Notes: generated by a model from the letters alone, not told the origin. A stretch of 64,000 bases of DNA from Eubacteriales bacterium (GCA_045645165.1 JAZRIF010000156.1:552-64551); one strand, 5' to 3'; numbered from the stretch's first letter, positions 1 through 10,034 are shown. Numbers and translations: made by a program.

Positions 1-1
1 G

Positions 2-856
2 TCCTCCTACCTGCCCGACTCGTTGGGTTATCTGGTCAAGTCCAACAAGGTTCCCGTGGTCACGGTGCTCCACCGCGGCAATTACCTCCACTCCCCCTTC
101 TGGAACGTAAAGAAGAAGCGCAAGGTGCCCCTGCACACCACCATGACCCTCACCCTCACCGCCGAGGAGGCCGCTACCCTTACTCCCGACGAGATCAATG
201 CCCGCATCCGCGAGGCACTGACCTATAACGACTACAACTACCAGCTGGAGCGAGGATTCAAGATCACCGAGCCTTGGCGCGCCGAGGGTATCCATAAGAT
301 CCTCTACCGTTGCCCCCATTGCCAGACCGAGTTCAAAATGACCTCCAAAGGCGCTGACCTGACCTGCGCCGCCTGTGGCAAGACCTGGCACATGAACGAG
401 GACAGCACCCTCACCGCCACCGAGGGAGAGACTGAATTCACCCACATCCCCGACTGGTTCGAGTGGGAACGGCAATGCGTCCGCGAGGAGGTGCAAAACG
501 GTACCTACCGTTTCGAGGATACCGTGGATATCCATTCCATGCCCCGTTGCTACCGCTTCATGCCCCTGGGAGAGGGGAAGCTCACCCACGACCCCGAGAA
601 CGGATTTGTCCTCACGGGTCACTACCGCGGCGAGGACTACCGCATTCAGCGCAAACCCCTCCAGACCAACAGTCTCCACGTGGAGTACGATTTCCCCCAC
701 GTCAAGCCCTTTGACTGCGTGGATATCTCCACCGAAAATGACTCCTTCTACTGCTATCCCACCAAGGAAAACGTGGTGACCAAGCTGGCCTTCGCCACCG
801 AGGAGATTTATAAAATCCACGAGCCTGAGGCGAGACGTTTGCCTAACCGAAAATAA
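2..856 (+). CDS. C-terminal part of a PlsC-type (lysophospholipid) acyltransferase family protein with a zinc-ribbon-like CxxC...CxxC segment. The 5' end lies outside the window.
   Basis: The frame is open from the window edge, so the listed TTG at 23 is internal. There is a KVPVVTV acyltransferase-block-like motif and CPHC...CAAC pairs. Stop is at 854-856, followed by a hairpin terminator. Confidence 0.55.
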   Translation, partial: SSYLPDSLGYLVKSNKVPVVTVLHRGNYLHSPFWNVKKKRKVPLHTTMTLTLTAEEAATLTPDEINARIREALTYNDYNYQLERGFKITEPWRAEGIHKILYRCPHCQTEFKMTSKGADLTCAACGKTWHMNEDSTLTATEGETEFTHIPDWFEWERQCVREEVQNGTYRFEDTVDIHSMPRCYRFMPLGEGKLTHDPENGFVLTGHYRGEDYRIQRKPLQTNSLHVEYDFPHVKPFDCVDISTENDSFYCYPTKENVVTKLAFATEEIYKIHEPEARRLPNRK

Positions 857-866
857 GCATAACAAA

Positions 867-895
867 AGAGGTGCTGTCAAGAGCACCTCTTTTTA
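867..895. terminator. Bidirectional intrinsic terminator between convergent genes
   Basis: AGAGGTGCT (867-875) pairs with AGCACCTCT (882-890). The stem is flanked by an A-run upstream and TTTT downstream. Confidence 0.8.
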
Positions 896-898
896 TGT

Positions 899-1855
899 TC
901 AAAAATCAAACCCACACTCCCGTTTAAACTCCCGAAGCTTCTCCACGTATTCCTCCTGCCCCACGGGGAAGGCCAGACCGTGGCCTGCATTTTTGATGGT
1001 CACGAGCTTCTTGTGCCGTCCCGTGCAAATTTCACAGAGCCGTACGCTCATATCGTAGGGCACGAAATCGTCGGTGTCGCCGTGGGCAAAAACTACGGGG
1101 ACGCTACACCGCGCCATGGCCTCCATGGGGGAGTCCTCGTTCAGGTTAAAATGCCCGAACAGCTTCGCGCCCAAGGTGGCGCAGGGGTAGAGCAGGGCAG
1201 GAGGGAGCTTCATGTCACGCATGACCTTGGAAATGATCTCCCTCGGGGAGGTGTAGCCGCAATCCGCCAGTACGTATTGAATTTGAGGTGGAAGGGGTTG
1301 ACCTGCAGCCATCATGACGGTAGCCGCACCCATGGAAATACCCGTGAGGATGAGTTTTGCATCTTCGCCGAATTCTTTGACGGCGAAATCCACCCAAGCA
1401 AGGCAGTCCCGCTTCTCCAGAATACCGAAGGTGATGACGTTGCCATCCGAAAAGCCCGCCCCGCGGTGGTCGATGAGCAGGGCGCTGTGTCCCAGACGGA
1501 AGCAACGCTCCACGCCGCCGTTGAGATCTCTCTCGGCGTTGCCTTTGTAGCCGTGGAACATCAGCTCAATGGGTGCGCCGGGCGTTCGTTCAAAAAACTT
1601 TGCCCGCAGAGTCAGCCCGTCGAAGGATTGAATGGCATACTCCTTGTAGGGATAGGCGCGGATCATTTTCGTCCAGGCGATCATGTCCTCGCGGAAGACC
1701 TCGTAGATGTCCCCCTCGGGGATCTCGTACTCGTCCTCGCCGAGAACACGGCGGGCAGGGGCGCGGTACATCATGCGGTGGCAGACGTAGGCGGTGATGA
1801 GGATAGCCAGCGCGAGAAAGCCGACGATCCCCAGCCCGATCCACAGAAAGATCAT
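899..1855 (-). CDS. Alpha/beta hydrolase with an N-terminal membrane anchor
   Basis: GISMG nucleophile elbow (GxSxG), HGDTD near the C-terminus, and a hydrophobic N-terminus (IFLWIGLGIVGFLALAILI). I prefer the ATG at 1855, which has a GGAGG 6 nt upstream, over the TTG at 1870. Confidence 0.8.
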   Translation of the reverse strand: MIFLWIGLGIVGFLALAILITAYVCHRMMYRAPARRVLGEDEYEIPEGDIYEVFREDMIAWTKMIRAYPYKEYAIQSFDGLTLRAKFFERTPGAPIELMFHGYKGNAERDLNGGVERCFRLGHSALLIDHRGAGFSDGNVITFGILEKRDCLAWVDFAVKEFGEDAKLILTGISMGAATVMMAAGQPLPPQIQYVLADCGYTSPREIISKVMRDMKLPPALLYPCATLGAKLFGHFNLNEDSPMEAMARCSVPVVFAHGDTDDFVPYDMSVRLCEICTGRHKKLVTIKNAGHGLAFPVGQEEYVEKLREFKRECGFDF

Positions 1856-1856
1856 A

Positions 1857-2690
1857 TCACACCTCCGCAAGGTCGATGACCTGGGTTCCGTGGATCATGA
1901 CGTAGTGTCGCTTGACGCACCGCAGGGAGCTGATCCAGCCGCGGGTGACGACGGTTCCGTAGATGCCCGTGTCGTAGCCCCCGGGACCCATGTTGTCCCA
2001 CAGCCAGGTAGGCGTGGGCCACAGGCAGTAGTCGGGCTTGATGATGGCGTAGCAATCCTTTTTGACGCAGCCCTGGCCGTGATGGGCCATCTGCACGAAA
2101 TCAGCCTTCAGCTCCTCGTGAGGAACCTCGGCGATCAGCTGATCACCGCCCTCGGGACCCAAATCGCCGAGGAACAGGATACGCTTGCCGTCTGCCTCGA
2201 AGCGGAAGACGATGGAGGAATCGTTGATGGGGTTGCGGACGAGGGTCTCGTCAGGAGTGTGGAGGATGCGGACGGTGGCCGCGCCGCCATCAAAGGAGTA
2301 GACGTCGCCTGTCTGCACAATGACCTGACGGGTTCCCCGCTCAGACATGCACGCCCGCAAGCCGTTCAGAAGCTCCTCGGTCGTCCACTCGTCCTGCTTG
2401 GGAGCGTGATGGATGAGGAATTCGTCCGAGGGAAGGTGCCAGTACACGCTGTCAATGGTAATATCGGGATGCTCCTTCATCATGAACCATAAAGCACCCA
2501 CGTGGTCGTCGTGGAAGTGGGTGATGAACCAGGCATCCACGTGGCCGCCCAGCTCCTTGAGATATTCGTACAAGTAGGGGGTCTCGGAGGGGAAGCCTCC
2601 GTCCACCACGAGCCGCGTGTCGCCGCTCTCCAGAATGAAGGACGTATTGATGGTGTCGGTTACCGACTTAAGAAAATGAAGCTTGGCCAT
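1857..2690 (-). CDS. MBL-fold metallo-hydrolase
   Basis: HFHDDHVGA (HxHxDH) motif. AAGGAG RBS precedes the ATG at 2690. The stop lies 1 nt from the start of the next gene. Confidence 0.85.
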   Translation of the reverse strand: MAKLHFLKSVTDTINTSFILESGDTRLVVDGGFPSETPYLYEYLKELGGHVDAWFITHFHDDHVGALWFMMKEHPDITIDSVYWHLPSDEFLIHHAPKQDEWTTEELLNGLRACMSERGTRQVIVQTGDVYSFDGGAATVRILHTPDETLVRNPINDSSIVFRFEADGKRILFLGDLGPEGGDQLIAEVPHEELKADFVQMAHHGQGCVKKDCYAIIKPDYCLWPTPTWLWDNMGPGGYDTGIYGTVVTRGWISSLRCVKRHYVMIHGTQVIDLAEV

Positions 2691-2826
2691 GACAGTCTCC
2701 TTGAAATGATTTTTCTATATTATACCGCTGTTTCGGGGATTTGTCAACGGGGTAGGACGGAAAGAACCTGAGAGAATTTTCTCTGTACATATGTGTTCAC
2801 AAGGAAGTCATACAGAGTTTACAAAA

Positions 2827-2851
2827 ATCTTGTAAAATATTTATACAAGAT
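2827..2851. promoter_or_regulatory. Perfect 8-bp inverted repeat (ATCTTGTA-N9-TACAAGAT) upstream of the lipoprotein gene array; candidate operator
   Basis: Read directly from the sequence. It lies about 80 nt upstream of the ATG at 2928 in an AT-rich intergenic region. Confidence 0.35.
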
Positions 2852-2927
2852 CTGTAAGTTTTTGCGCTTTTTGGTGTCTTATATAAGTGAACGCGAAACA
2901 CACCGACTTTGAAAGGAGATACGTGCT

Positions 2928-4388
2928 ATGAGAAGAATGATTGTAAGATTGCTGACCCTTGCCGTATTGCTGACAGCCATGGCTCTCCCCATGACTGCCT
3001 GCGCCGACGAGACGGAACGCCTTGTCCGCATGGACGACGAAAAAAGGGCAGAACGGCTGATGGTATTGACCCAAAAAGCCATAGAAAACACGTCTTGCGT
3101 ACGGTTCAAACGGAGCGTCGATATCCGAAATCCTTACTATGCCTCCTTCCACACCGAAACCGAAACCGTCACCTGCATTGAAGGGGACGATGGAATCACC
3201 TACATCAGTAGTTCCAAGGATAAAACCAAGCTGGTCACAGAAGGAACATTCATCAATCGCAAGTGGGGATATGTCGATGGCACCTTTTTCACCTGCTACG
3301 AGGAAGGTGGGAATGAATCTCGCTACAAGGCGCCCATGACGCAAAGCGAGTTTGAGGCCTCCTATCTGGAGGATGGCGTGTGGGGACGACTCAGTTTCCT
3401 ATTTGATGAACTCTCCTGCACCACCTTTACCTCCGAGCATAAGGAGAACGGTGCGTGGATGGCCACTTATGAGGGCTTTTCAGAGGGAGAAACCAATTCG
3501 TTCCTGAAAGAGCTGGGCTATATCCCCGCGTTCATGACGGATTCCCATGACCCCAAGGATATGCTGGTGACGTTGCATATGGATGCCGACCTTCGCCCCG
3601 TTTGCCTCATGGTGGAGGTGCAGTTTCATCAAAATAAGAAATACTCTTCCCAAACTCCCTCTGTGAAGGTAACCTACGATTTTTTGGCGTGGGATACCGC
3701 CGAAGTCTCTGATTGGGCAAAGACGGAGAATCTGACAGACTATACCGAGCTTCCCGATATGGCGGTGCTGGATGCCTTTTTCGGAGGACTGACCGACTGG
3801 GAGCAGGGAAGCGGCTGTGCTGTTACCGTCACCACCGCCACTACTGCTACTGGACGGGACGAAAATGGTCAGCCCACCTCCGTGACGGGAGAGCTGACCC
3901 AAGATATCAACTTTTCCACTCCGGGAGGCTTGCGCTTCAACATGGAGTATGAGCAGGACGGAAAACGCTATGAGCTGGCCTACGCGGGCGGAGACCTCTT
4001 CCAGACGGTCTACGGGAAAAGCGGCAGTAAGCTTCAAAGCAAGTCTATGAAAATGCTGGATGCTCAAGCCTACGATACCGTAAAAAATCTCATCAATCCT
4101 ATGCAGATTTCTCCTGCAGACGTTACCACTGCCGAGATTCTCAACCAAGGACACGGACTGTACCGTTATAAGCTGGATGATGACGTCATTTCTGCCATAT
4201 GGAGCAGTCTGCAAGCCATTTATGGTGACGCCGATATCAAGACGGTGGACACCGAAGCCGAGCTGGAGGCCGAAGTACGGAACGGCATGCTGGTGGGCTA
4301 TACAGTGACCATTAGCGCAGAGCTGACCGTTAATGGTATTCCCGTGTTCACGGATACAACCGTAACCGTGGCCTTTGCCGAAATCTAA
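2928..4388 (+). CDS. Lipoprotein of unknown function, paralog 1 of 3 (the most divergent)
   Basis: Signal peptide plus lipobox (LPMTAC). GAAAGGAG RBS. It aligns by eye with the next two ORFs (RMD[DE]..RA, ATYEGF[ST]E motifs). Confidence 0.8.
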   Translation: MRRMIVRLLTLAVLLTAMALPMTACADETERLVRMDDEKRAERLMVLTQKAIENTSCVRFKRSVDIRNPYYASFHTETETVTCIEGDDGITYISSSKDKTKLVTEGTFINRKWGYVDGTFFTCYEEGGNESRYKAPMTQSEFEASYLEDGVWGRLSFLFDELSCTTFTSEHKENGAWMATYEGFSEGETNSFLKELGYIPAFMTDSHDPKDMLVTLHMDADLRPVCLMVEVQFHQNKKYSSQTPSVKVTYDFLAWDTAEVSDWAKTENLTDYTELPDMAVLDAFFGGLTDWEQGSGCAVTVTTATTATGRDENGQPTSVTGELTQDINFSTPGGLRFNMEYEQDGKRYELAYAGGDLFQTVYGKSGSKLQSKSMKMLDAQAYDTVKNLINPMQISPADVTTAEILNQGHGLYRYKLDDDVISAIWSSLQAIYGDADIKTVDTEAELEAEVRNGMLVGYTVTISAELTVNGIPVFTDTTVTVAFAEI

Positions 4389-4424
4389 GTAGAATATTTA
4401 TTAATCAAGAAAGGAATTTGCATC

Positions 4425-5870
4425 ATGAAAAAAATTATTACGATCCTCTTGACCGCGATTCTTTTCACAAGTCTTGTCCTTCCGTTGGCTTCCTGTTCGG
4501 AGTCCTCTCGCTTGAACCGTATGGATGAAGCCGAGCGCGCCGTGGCTTTCTACGAGATGGTGGAGGAAAACGGCAACAAGGCGACCTCCCTCTCGGTGAA
4601 GCAGAGCCTTTACCTGAAGTTGGATATCGGTGACGTGGCCTACGAGCAGCTCAACGAGGGTGTCTCCACCTACGAGGACAAGGACGGCGAGATATCCATG
4701 CTGGAGCAGACCACCACCACCGTATGGGTAGGGGGCGAGAAGACCGTCACCTATACCGACGAGGGATACATGAACGGCATGATGTTCACCTACAACAAGG
4801 AAGGCAAAGCCGTCTCCAAGCTTAAGTCCCCCATCACCTGGGAGGAGTACGAGGCCTTCCGGGACAACCAGATGGAGGATGTCCCCGAAATAGGTGTTGG
4901 CGAAGGCTTCTGTACGACCATGACCTGTAAGCAGGGCGATGACGGAATCTGGACGGCCACCTACGAGGGCTTTACCGAGCTGGGCATGAAGTACTTCCGC
5001 TACATCGTCAAGGGGCTGGAGACCGCCATTGAGGCCGAGCATACCCTCAAGGACGTGCGCCTGACCTACGTGGCAGACAAGGATCTCACTCCCCTGTCCC
5101 AAAAGATGGAGTTCATCTTTGACGAGAAGGAGGGTGCCGAGACCCGCGTGCCCGTCATCACCGCCGAAATGGAGATCACGGGTCTGAACAATACGGTCTT
5201 CTCCGAGGAATACGACATTTCGGACTTCACCGAGGTGGAGGATCTGCGCATCATTCGACGTTTTGCCGACGCCTTGGAAGACCGTATGACAGCAGATTGC
5301 GGTACATACACCTATACGCATCATCAGACCACCGTATCCGATGGAGAAATCACGGGTCGGGATTATGTAACGGATATTCGTTTTGATACGATAAAGGGCA
5401 GATTTTCTTTGGATATGACCAGTGAAGGCACAGAATGGAATAACGAAGCATTTTTCAGTCAGTATGTCTATTACGACGGCATTTGGCGGGCAAAAGAAAA
5501 AGACAGACAGACGGGAGAGATACTTGTCAATGAGGAATCTCCCATGACCGACAGCGAGGCTCGTTCCGTCCTTGTTTCTCGTTTGATAATCTCCGAATAC
5601 TACGCATTCGACATAATAAGCACCGAGGTTTTGGACGAAACAGCAGGAAAGTATCGTTTGTATTTTGGAGAACAAATGCGAAGCCGATATGCTGAAACCT
5701 ATGAAAACAGCGGTGGTAAGCTGACGGTCTTTGAATCCTATGTGGATGTTATCCTGGACGGAAATGTATTGAACGAGTATACATACTATCTCCATACGGG
5801 TGGACGTACAGGAAAGTCTATGGAGCAGGATAATCAAGTAAAGGCTGTTTGTTCTTTTGTCGACAAATAA
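4425..5870 (+). CDS. Lipoprotein of unknown function, paralog 2 of 3
   Basis: Signal peptide plus lipobox (LPLASC) and an RBS. The N-terminal ~275 aa are near-identical to paralog 3. Confidence 0.85.
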   Translation: MKKIITILLTAILFTSLVLPLASCSESSRLNRMDEAERAVAFYEMVEENGNKATSLSVKQSLYLKLDIGDVAYEQLNEGVSTYEDKDGEISMLEQTTTTVWVGGEKTVTYTDEGYMNGMMFTYNKEGKAVSKLKSPITWEEYEAFRDNQMEDVPEIGVGEGFCTTMTCKQGDDGIWTATYEGFTELGMKYFRYIVKGLETAIEAEHTLKDVRLTYVADKDLTPLSQKMEFIFDEKEGAETRVPVITAEMEITGLNNTVFSEEYDISDFTEVEDLRIIRRFADALEDRMTADCGTYTYTHHQTTVSDGEITGRDYVTDIRFDTIKGRFSLDMTSEGTEWNNEAFFSQYVYYDGIWRAKEKDRQTGEILVNEESPMTDSEARSVLVSRLIISEYYAFDIISTEVLDETAGKYRLYFGEQMRSRYAETYENSGGKLTVFESYVDVILDGNVLNEYTYYLHTGGRTGKSMEQDNQVKAVCSFVDK

Positions 5871-6766
5871 ATAACTGATGGCACGTCGGTTAGAATTTTT
5901 GTTTCATATTTTTCAATACTGAAAGGAATCTCTATTATGAAAAAACTGATTACTACTATGTTGGTCGCTGCCCTGTTGCTGGTGACCCTCACCCTGTCCC
6001 TGACCTCCTGCTCCCAGAGCCAAAAGCTTCTCCGCATGGATGAAGCCGAGCGCGCCGTTGCCTTCTTCGAGCTTGTAGAAGCCAAGGGAAATGAAGCAAC
6101 CTCCCTCTCGATAAAGCAGAAGATGTATTTGAAAATGGATATCGGCGACGTTGCCTACGAGCAGCTCAATGAGGGAACCGCCACGTACGTAGAAGAGGAT
6201 GGGGAGATGAGCTTCCTTGATCAGACCACCACCACCGTTTGGGTGGGGGGAGAGAAGACCGTTACCTATACCGACGAGGGATATATGGACGGTATGATGT
6301 TTACCTACAACAAGGAAGGGAAGGTCGAGTCCAAGCTCAAATCCCCCATTACAGGAGACGAGTACGAGGCATTCCGCGATAACCAGGTCGAGGATATCCC
6401 CGAAGTCAGCGTGGGTGAAGGCTTTTGCACCGATATGACCTGTACGCAGGACGAGGACGGCACCTGGACGGCCACCTACGAGGGCTTTACCGAGGAAGGA
6501 ATGAAATATTTCCTGTACATCGTTAAATCGGTTGAGACAGCCATCGAGGCCGAGCATACCCTCAAGGATGTGCGCTTGACCTACGTGGCCGACAAGGATC
6601 TCAACCCCGTTTCCCGTAAGATGGAGTACATCTTTGAGGAGAACGAGGACGCAGAGACCCGCGTGCCCGTCATTACCGCGGAAATGGAATTTAAGGGCAT
6701 CAACAACACCGTTTTCTCCGAGGAATATGATATTTCGAACTTTACCGAGGTGGAGGATCTGCGTGC
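4425..6766 (+). repeat. Tandem gene-level direct repeat: the 5' ~830 nt of two lipoprotein genes, with a period of 1515 nt
   Basis: The offset of 1515 nt is the same at two anchors: ATGGATGAAG at 4521/6036, and GAGGATCTGCG at 5238/6753. Confidence 0.85.
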
Positions 6767-7385
6767 GGTAGAGAATTTCACCTCTGCCCTGAACGATCGC
6801 CAGGTCGACGATGCGGGCTCCTTCCAGGTCACCACCAAGGCCGAAGCCAAATACGCAGGCCAGACCAACAATACCACTTCGGTACAGGACGTGACCTTCA
6901 AAAACTACAACGGCTATGAGTTTACCCTGGGCTACACCCAGGAGGGCTACGACGTGACTATCTCCTATAAGAACGGCAGTATGAGCACGGTCATTCGCGA
7001 TGAAAAGACGGGTGAGCGAGACAGCAGTACGGACGACATGTCGGATTTCGAGGCGCAGGCTATGGTACAGCAGCTCATGAACTCCGAGAACATTACCGCT
7101 CTGGATATCGTCGATGCCAAGATTGTTGACGAAGAGAGCGGATCCTACCGCTTCACGCTGGGTGACTCGGTCAAGAATGGACTGAACGAGCAGTACCAAG
7201 CCGCTTACGGAGCCAAGATCGATACCTTTAAGGGACACATCGAGGCTACCGTTGTGGACGGTAAACTCATGGAGTATACCTACCACGTCTATACCACGCT
7301 CAAGATCGAGGGTCAGACCATGCAGATCAACGTGGATTATACCGTGGAATTTTCCGAACTGACCGAGGATGGAGAAGCCGTTTGA
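5937..7385 (+). CDS. Lipoprotein of unknown function, paralog 3 of 3
   Basis: Signal peptide plus lipobox (LSLTSC) and an RBS. It shares its N-terminal module with paralog 2, but the C-terminal ~200 aa are unrelated by eye. Confidence 0.85.
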   Translation: MKKLITTMLVAALLLVTLTLSLTSCSQSQKLLRMDEAERAVAFFELVEAKGNEATSLSIKQKMYLKMDIGDVAYEQLNEGTATYVEEDGEMSFLDQTTTTVWVGGEKTVTYTDEGYMDGMMFTYNKEGKVESKLKSPITGDEYEAFRDNQVEDIPEVSVGEGFCTDMTCTQDEDGTWTATYEGFTEEGMKYFLYIVKSVETAIEAEHTLKDVRLTYVADKDLNPVSRKMEYIFEENEDAETRVPVITAEMEFKGINNTVFSEEYDISNFTEVEDLRAVENFTSALNDRQVDDAGSFQVTTKAEAKYAGQTNNTTSVQDVTFKNYNGYEFTLGYTQEGYDVTISYKNGSMSTVIRDEKTGERDSSTDDMSDFEAQAMVQQLMNSENITALDIVDAKIVDEESGSYRFTLGDSVKNGLNEQYQAAYGAKIDTFKGHIEATVVDGKLMEYTYHVYTTLKIEGQTMQINVDYTVEFSELTEDGEAV

Positions 7386-7403
7386 CCGACATAAAATCTT
7401 CAT

Positions 7404-8297
7404 ATGAAGCAAAAACTTATTGAAAAAATCTTTCTCCGTGTCATTGTCACGATTCTGGTCGGAACGATCGTAACCGTCGTTTTGTGGCTGTCTTTGCCTA
7501 CGTGGGAGGAGGATGAAATCTCCCGTACGACCGTGACTCTGTATAACTACCGCATGGAGAAAGTTGGCGCTGTTCCCAGGCGAAACGGAAGTTCCGACAT
7601 TGCGGCCTTGATCTATACTGCCTCCGACGGGGAAGAGTACCAGATCGCTATGTTCCACAAGAAGGAAGGGAAGGAACTCAAGGGAAAGACCGTCGAGATC
7701 CGTTACGCTGAGAATGCGAGTAGTTATGCTGGTGCTCATATGATCGTCGAGCTGACCGTGGATGGTGAGGCTGCATACACCTTGGCTGATTACAACGAGT
7801 TTCAGGAAAACCGACGAGCCGTATTTTTTTGGTGTTGGTTCGGGGTTTCGATACTGCCTAACCTTGCGCTGATCCTGGATGTTTTGGAGTACTTCGGCAT
7901 TGTCAAGCGGCGCCGTCGTTATCGCAAAAACCGTGAGGCCCATAAAGCGCAGATTCAAAATCTCGGGAATCGCCCTCGTAATTTTCCGAACACCGTCTGG
8001 ACGACCGAGGATGGCTCCCTTACCCTAACCGTTTTGCCCGATGGAACGGTTACGGGCACCATTCGCCTCCAGAATGGAGAAACCGTAACGTCCATTCCCG
8101 TCCTGTTCGACGATACCGCCCACACCACCATCCGCATGGCTGAAGTCAGAGCAGGGAAGCCACGGACTCCCTATATTGAAATTTGGGAGGCCACATACCA
8201 CAGTCCCGACGAGTTTGAGGCCATGCCTCAAAAGACCACCTACTTCAAGAAAGGAAAGACAGTTACCCTCCGTCGCACCGACGGGGAGAGGGAGTGA
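7404..8297 (+). CDS. Membrane protein of unknown function (about two TM segments with an Arg/Lys-rich juxtamembrane stretch)
   Basis: Hydrophobic segments IVTILVGTIVTVVLWL and FFWCWFGVSILPNLALILDVL, followed by KRRRRYRKNR. Co-directional with the lipoprotein array. I recognise no family. Confidence 0.6.
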   Translation: MKQKLIEKIFLRVIVTILVGTIVTVVLWLSLPTWEEDEISRTTVTLYNYRMEKVGAVPRRNGSSDIAALIYTASDGEEYQIAMFHKKEGKELKGKTVEIRYAENASSYAGAHMIVELTVDGEAAYTLADYNEFQENRRAVFFWCWFGVSILPNLALILDVLEYFGIVKRRRRYRKNREAHKAQIQNLGNRPRNFPNTVWTTEDGSLTLTVLPDGTVTGTIRLQNGETVTSIPVLFDDTAHTTIRMAEVRAGKPRTPYIEIWEATYHSPDEFEAMPQKTTYFKKGKTVTLRRTDGERE

Positions 8298-8298
8298 T

Positions 8299-8820
8299 AT
8301 GACCATGAAGGATTGGAAGTTTACCCACCCCCACGACCCCATGCTCCTCACCATGCACGACTGCTTCGTTACAAGGATCGAAGTGGAGGAGAGCGAGGAC
8401 GAGACCCGTATGGTCTGGCACCTCCCCGACGGCATCTGGGTCGCCCCCTCGATCTCGCACCATGAGGACGGCAAGACCTGTCGCACCGATGAGGCCTGCG
8501 TTGTTTTTGAGGCCAAGCACCTCGCCCACGAGTGGGATGCCGCTGCCGCCATCTGCATGAAAAGCCGTTGGCATGGCAAGGATAAACATATGAACACCGA
8601 AACCTGGGCATACATGACCATCGCCGAATTCATTGCCAAAATGCAGGAGGGTGGTTGGTCGCTGGAGATCATCAACACCTACACCGAGGGATATGCGTTC
8701 TACGTTACGGGCGAGATCCACACCCCGAAGGAGCGTCATTGGCGCCCATTCCGCATGACATTCTACGCCGAGACCGCCAACTACTACTGGGACGCTATCC
8801 ATCCCGACCGCGTGTGGTAA
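8299..8820 (+). CDS. Small soluble protein of unknown function
   Basis: The ATG at 8299 lies 1 nt after the upstream stop (8295-8297). The ORF listed from 8176 overlaps the previous gene, so I treat that part as a 5' extension. Confidence 0.55.
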   Translation: MTMKDWKFTHPHDPMLLTMHDCFVTRIEVEESEDETRMVWHLPDGIWVAPSISHHEDGKTCRTDEACVVFEAKHLAHEWDAAAAICMKSRWHGKDKHMNTETWAYMTIAEFIAKMQEGGWSLEIINTYTEGYAFYVTGEIHTPKERHWRPFRMTFYAETANYYWDAIHPDRVW

Positions 8821-8843
8821 GTACAATACAATAAGGAGATATC

Positions 8844-10016
8844 ATGAACAACCGCGTATTCCTCATTGTCCTCGACAGCTTCGGCATCGGGGAGATGCCC
8901 GACTCCTACAAATGGAACGACGAGGGAAGCAATACCCTCGGCGCCGTCCGAAACCATCCTGCTTTCGCTTGTCCCACCATGGAAAAGCTGGGTCTGTTTC
9001 ACATTGACGGCGTGTCCGACCCCGCCGAGCTTGCCGGCAAGCCCGCCCCTATGGCCGCTTACGCCCGCATGACCGAAGCATCCAACGGCAAGGATACTAC
9101 CATCGGCCATTGGGAGATCAGCGGCATCATCTCCCCCCGTCCTCTGCCCACCTACCCCGAGGGATTCCCACAGGAGGTGCTGGAGGAATTCACCCGCCGC
9201 ACGGGCTACGGCGTCCTCTGCAATAAGCCCTACTCGGGCACCGACGTCATCCGCGACTACGGCGAGGAGCATCTGGAAACAGGGAAGCTGATCGTCTACA
9301 CCTCCGCCGACAGCGTCTTCCAGATCGCCGCCCACGAGGATAAAGTGCCCATCGAGGAATTGTACCGCGTCTGCGACATCGCCCGCGATATGCTCACAAA
9401 CGAGTGGGACGGCGTCCACGCCGTGGGGCGCGTCATCGCCCGCCCCTTTGAGGGCACCCATCCCTTCAAGCGCACCGCCCGCCGCCACGACTACTCCATC
9501 GCGCCCCCCGCCTCCACCATGCTGGATACCATCAAGGCCGCAGGGCAGGACTGCATCGCCGTGGGCAAGATCACCGACATTTTCGTAGGGCAGGGCATCA
9601 CCGAAACCATCCGCACGGGATGCAACGCCGAGGGCATGACCGCCACCACCCGGGTAGCCGAGGGGGACTTCCACGGCATCTGCTTTACCAACTTGGTGGA
9701 CTTCGATATGGTCTACGGCCACCGCAATAACGTGGAGGGCTACGCCGCCGCACTGACCGAATTCGACCGTTGGCTAGCCGACTTTATCCCCGCGATGAAG
9801 GAGAACGACCTGCTCATCATCACCGCCGACCACGGCTGCGACCCCGCCACTCCCTCCACCGACCACTCCCGCGAGTACACCCCCATGCTGATGTACGGGA
9901 AGGGTGTGACTCCGAAGAACCTCGGTACCCGTAAGACCTTTGCGGATATCGCCGCCACGGTGCTGGATTTTCTGGGTCTGCCCACCGACGTGGCCGCAGG
10001 GAACAGTATGCTGTAA
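8844..10016 (+). CDS. deoB: Phosphopentomutase
   Basis: N-terminus VFLIVLDSFGIGEMPD and a C-terminal ITADHGCDP motif are typical of DeoB. Length is 390 aa. AAGGAG RBS. Confidence 0.9.
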   Translation: MNNRVFLIVLDSFGIGEMPDSYKWNDEGSNTLGAVRNHPAFACPTMEKLGLFHIDGVSDPAELAGKPAPMAAYARMTEASNGKDTTIGHWEISGIISPRPLPTYPEGFPQEVLEEFTRRTGYGVLCNKPYSGTDVIRDYGEEHLETGKLIVYTSADSVFQIAAHEDKVPIEELYRVCDIARDMLTNEWDGVHAVGRVIARPFEGTHPFKRTARRHDYSIAPPASTMLDTIKAAGQDCIAVGKITDIFVGQGITETIRTGCNAEGMTATTRVAEGDFHGICFTNLVDFDMVYGHRNNVEGYAAALTEFDRWLADFIPAMKENDLLIITADHGCDPATPSTDHSREYTPMLMYGKGVTPKNLGTRKTFADIAATVLDFLGLPTDVAAGNSML

Positions 10017-10034
10017 ATACGAAACCCTTCATTC

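Noticed and set aside
5913-7958. Very long antisense ORFs. Examples are 4401-5837(-), 5913-7958(-), 18699-20408(-), 31012-33714(-), 38035-39915(-), 40511-42430(-) and 56099-57988(-).
   Set aside because: Each mirrors a strongly supported sense-strand gene that has an RBS, recognisable motifs and operon spacing. Their translations are low-complexity and G/V/L/H/D-rich with no motifs or RBS. This is typical of stop-codon-poor shadow frames in GC-rich coding DNA.
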